From Alphaproteobacteria bacterium (GTDB lineage Bacteria; Pseudomonadota; Alphaproteobacteria; JAAXGF01): DNA of 64,000 bases. The translations under genes and the position numbers were made by a program. The stretch covers positions 1,792,001 through 1,856,000 of the forward strand of contig CAUVXB020000002.1 in NCBI GenBank assembly GCA_963555825.3, written 5' to 3'. The notes beneath the pieces are model-generated. The model did no database searches and was not told the origin of the DNA. It worked only from the letters and a program-made list of their open reading frames with translations. Position 1 is the stretch's first letter. Each line of letters begins with the position of its first letter. Of the stretch, positions 62,508 through 64,000 are shown piece after piece.

Positions 62508-63590
62508 GCCACGCGCGACGCCGCGGTCGTCGCGCGGCTCACCGAGGCCGGCGCGGTACTGATCGCCAAGCTGACGCTCGGCGCGCTCGCGTTTGGCGAC
62601 ACCTGGTTCGGCGGCAAGACGCGCAACCCGTGGAACACCGCCGAGGGCGCCAGCGGCTCGAGCGCCGGCTCGGCGGCGGCGGTCGCCGCCGGACTCGCCG
62701 GCTTCGCCATCGGCACCGAGACGCTCGGCTCGATCGTCGGCCCGTCCGAGCGCTGCGGCACGACCGGCCTGCGCCCGACCTTCGGCCGCGTCTCGCGCGC
62801 CGGCGCCATGGCGCTCTGCTGGTCGCTCGACAAGATCGGGCCGATCTGCCGCTCGGTCGAGGACACGGCACTGGTGCTCGACGCGATCAACGGCCACGAC
62901 GCGGAAGATCCGGGCTCGATCGCCATGCCCTTCGCCTTCGACGCCGGGCGGTCGGCCAAGGGGTTGCGCCTCGGCTATTCGCCGGCCTGGTTCGACGGCG
63001 AGGAGGCGACCGCGCTCGACCGCGTGGCGCTCGACGCGGCGCGCCGCGCCGGCCTCGAGACGGTCGCGCTCGCGCTGCCCGATCTGCCCTACGGCACGCT
63101 CGAGACGATCCTCGACGTCGAGGCCGCCGCCGCCTTCGAGCACCTGACCCTGAGCAACCGCGATGATGAGCTGCGCCTCCAGGGCGAGGCCGCCTGGCCA
63201 AATACCTTTCGCGCCGCGCGTCTGGTCTCGGCGGTCGACTTCGTCCAGGCCGAGCGCCTGCGCCGCGCGGTCATGGCGGTCGCCGGCGGGTTGTTCGCCG
63301 AGGTCGACGCGGTGATCGGCTCGTTCGCCAACGGCTCGATGCTGGTGATCACCAACTTCACCGGCCATCCGTCGCTGACGCTGCGCGCCGGCTTCGTCGA
63401 GCATTGGAGCCGCGGCATGACGCCCAAGAGCGACGATGCCGACATGCGGCCCGACGTCGGCGGGCGAACGCAGCGGGTGCCGCATGGCGTGACGCTCGTC
63501 GGCCGGCTGTTCGACGAGGGTACGCTGTGCACCATCGGCATGGCGCTCGAAGCCGAGTTCGGCGTCGGCGGCGAGCGCCCGCCGACGGGG

Positions 63591-63745
63591 TAGGCCTTAT
63601 GTGCGGTCATCTTTGACTCGTGCAAAGCTGATCTGCGCTCAAACGCCGCGCATGCCAATCTTTTTCCCACAAGGACTGGCCGAACGGTCGGCGGCCCGCA
63701 GTCGCGGGCTGGTACAATCCGATCGAATTCGATCGGATTGTACAC
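63591..63745 (+). repeat. Structured TAG-anchored repeat copy 5
   Basis: TGTGCGGTCATCTTT...AAAGCTGATCTGCGCTCAA...GGCCGAACGGTCGGCGGCCCGC...TACAATCCGATCGAATTCGATCGGATTGTA. Confidence 0.82.
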
Positions 63746-63835
63746 CAGGCTCAATCGATCCTCGGGATAGGCTTGGCCGCTGTGCGCCGCCGCGGCTGGC
63801 GCGAACATCCGCCATAAATTGCAAATGATTTCTAT

Positions 63836-63892
63836 GGGGTCATACTCCTTTAAAATTAAGTAATAACAATATCATAAAAGGAGTCTGACCCC
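63836..63892. repeat. GGGGTCA(G/T)ACTCC inverted repeat with AT-rich spacer
   Basis: GGGGTCATACTCCTTT...AAAGGAGTCTGACCCC. Confidence 0.85.
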
Positions 63893-64000
63893 GCTTATTT
63901 GGAGTCCCGTATTTATGTGTGACCCAATTTATATGGCGTTACGGTTCGTCTTCGGGGGCCCGTTTGACGGGCCTTGTCTGCTATATGTCGATCGACCCCG

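Larger units (their letters stand above)
60557..63593 (+). pseudogene. Amidase interrupted by IS256
   Basis: GPLHGVPWGAKD before the IS; DAAVVARL...GSSAGS...GTETLGSI after it, in frame across the TSD. Confidence 0.92.

Overview
High-GC alphaproteobacterial chromosomal segment (Rhodospirillales-like gene content, inferred) carrying metabolic and transport genes. These include an acetoacetate-CoA ligase, several DMT transporters, tesA/ybbA/ybbP, a Rieske/HpaB/PuuE-like cluster, a GcvT-choline kinase-betaine ABC-DeoR cluster, a lower-GC ArsR/ArsI arsenic island and an avidin-family gene. The window is heavily invaded by insertion sequences: 10 copies from 7 families covering about 14 kb, with ends and target-site duplications (TSDs) readable by eye and several interrupted genes. 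The most striking structure is at 497-7134, where two copies of an IS1182/IS5-like element sit at the same nucleotide register (positions 11-19) of both terminal inverted repeats (IRs) of one IS256, in the same relative orientation; an uninvaded IS256 twin at 61133-62507 serves as reference. Also notable are a 130-200 bp structured repeat whose five copies each begin at a TAG stop codon in the sense orientation, a 267-nt three-way-junction element, an IS3-like element with a 14-bp TSD, and several REP/MITE-like palindrome families. No rRNA, tRNA or CRISPR array was seen.
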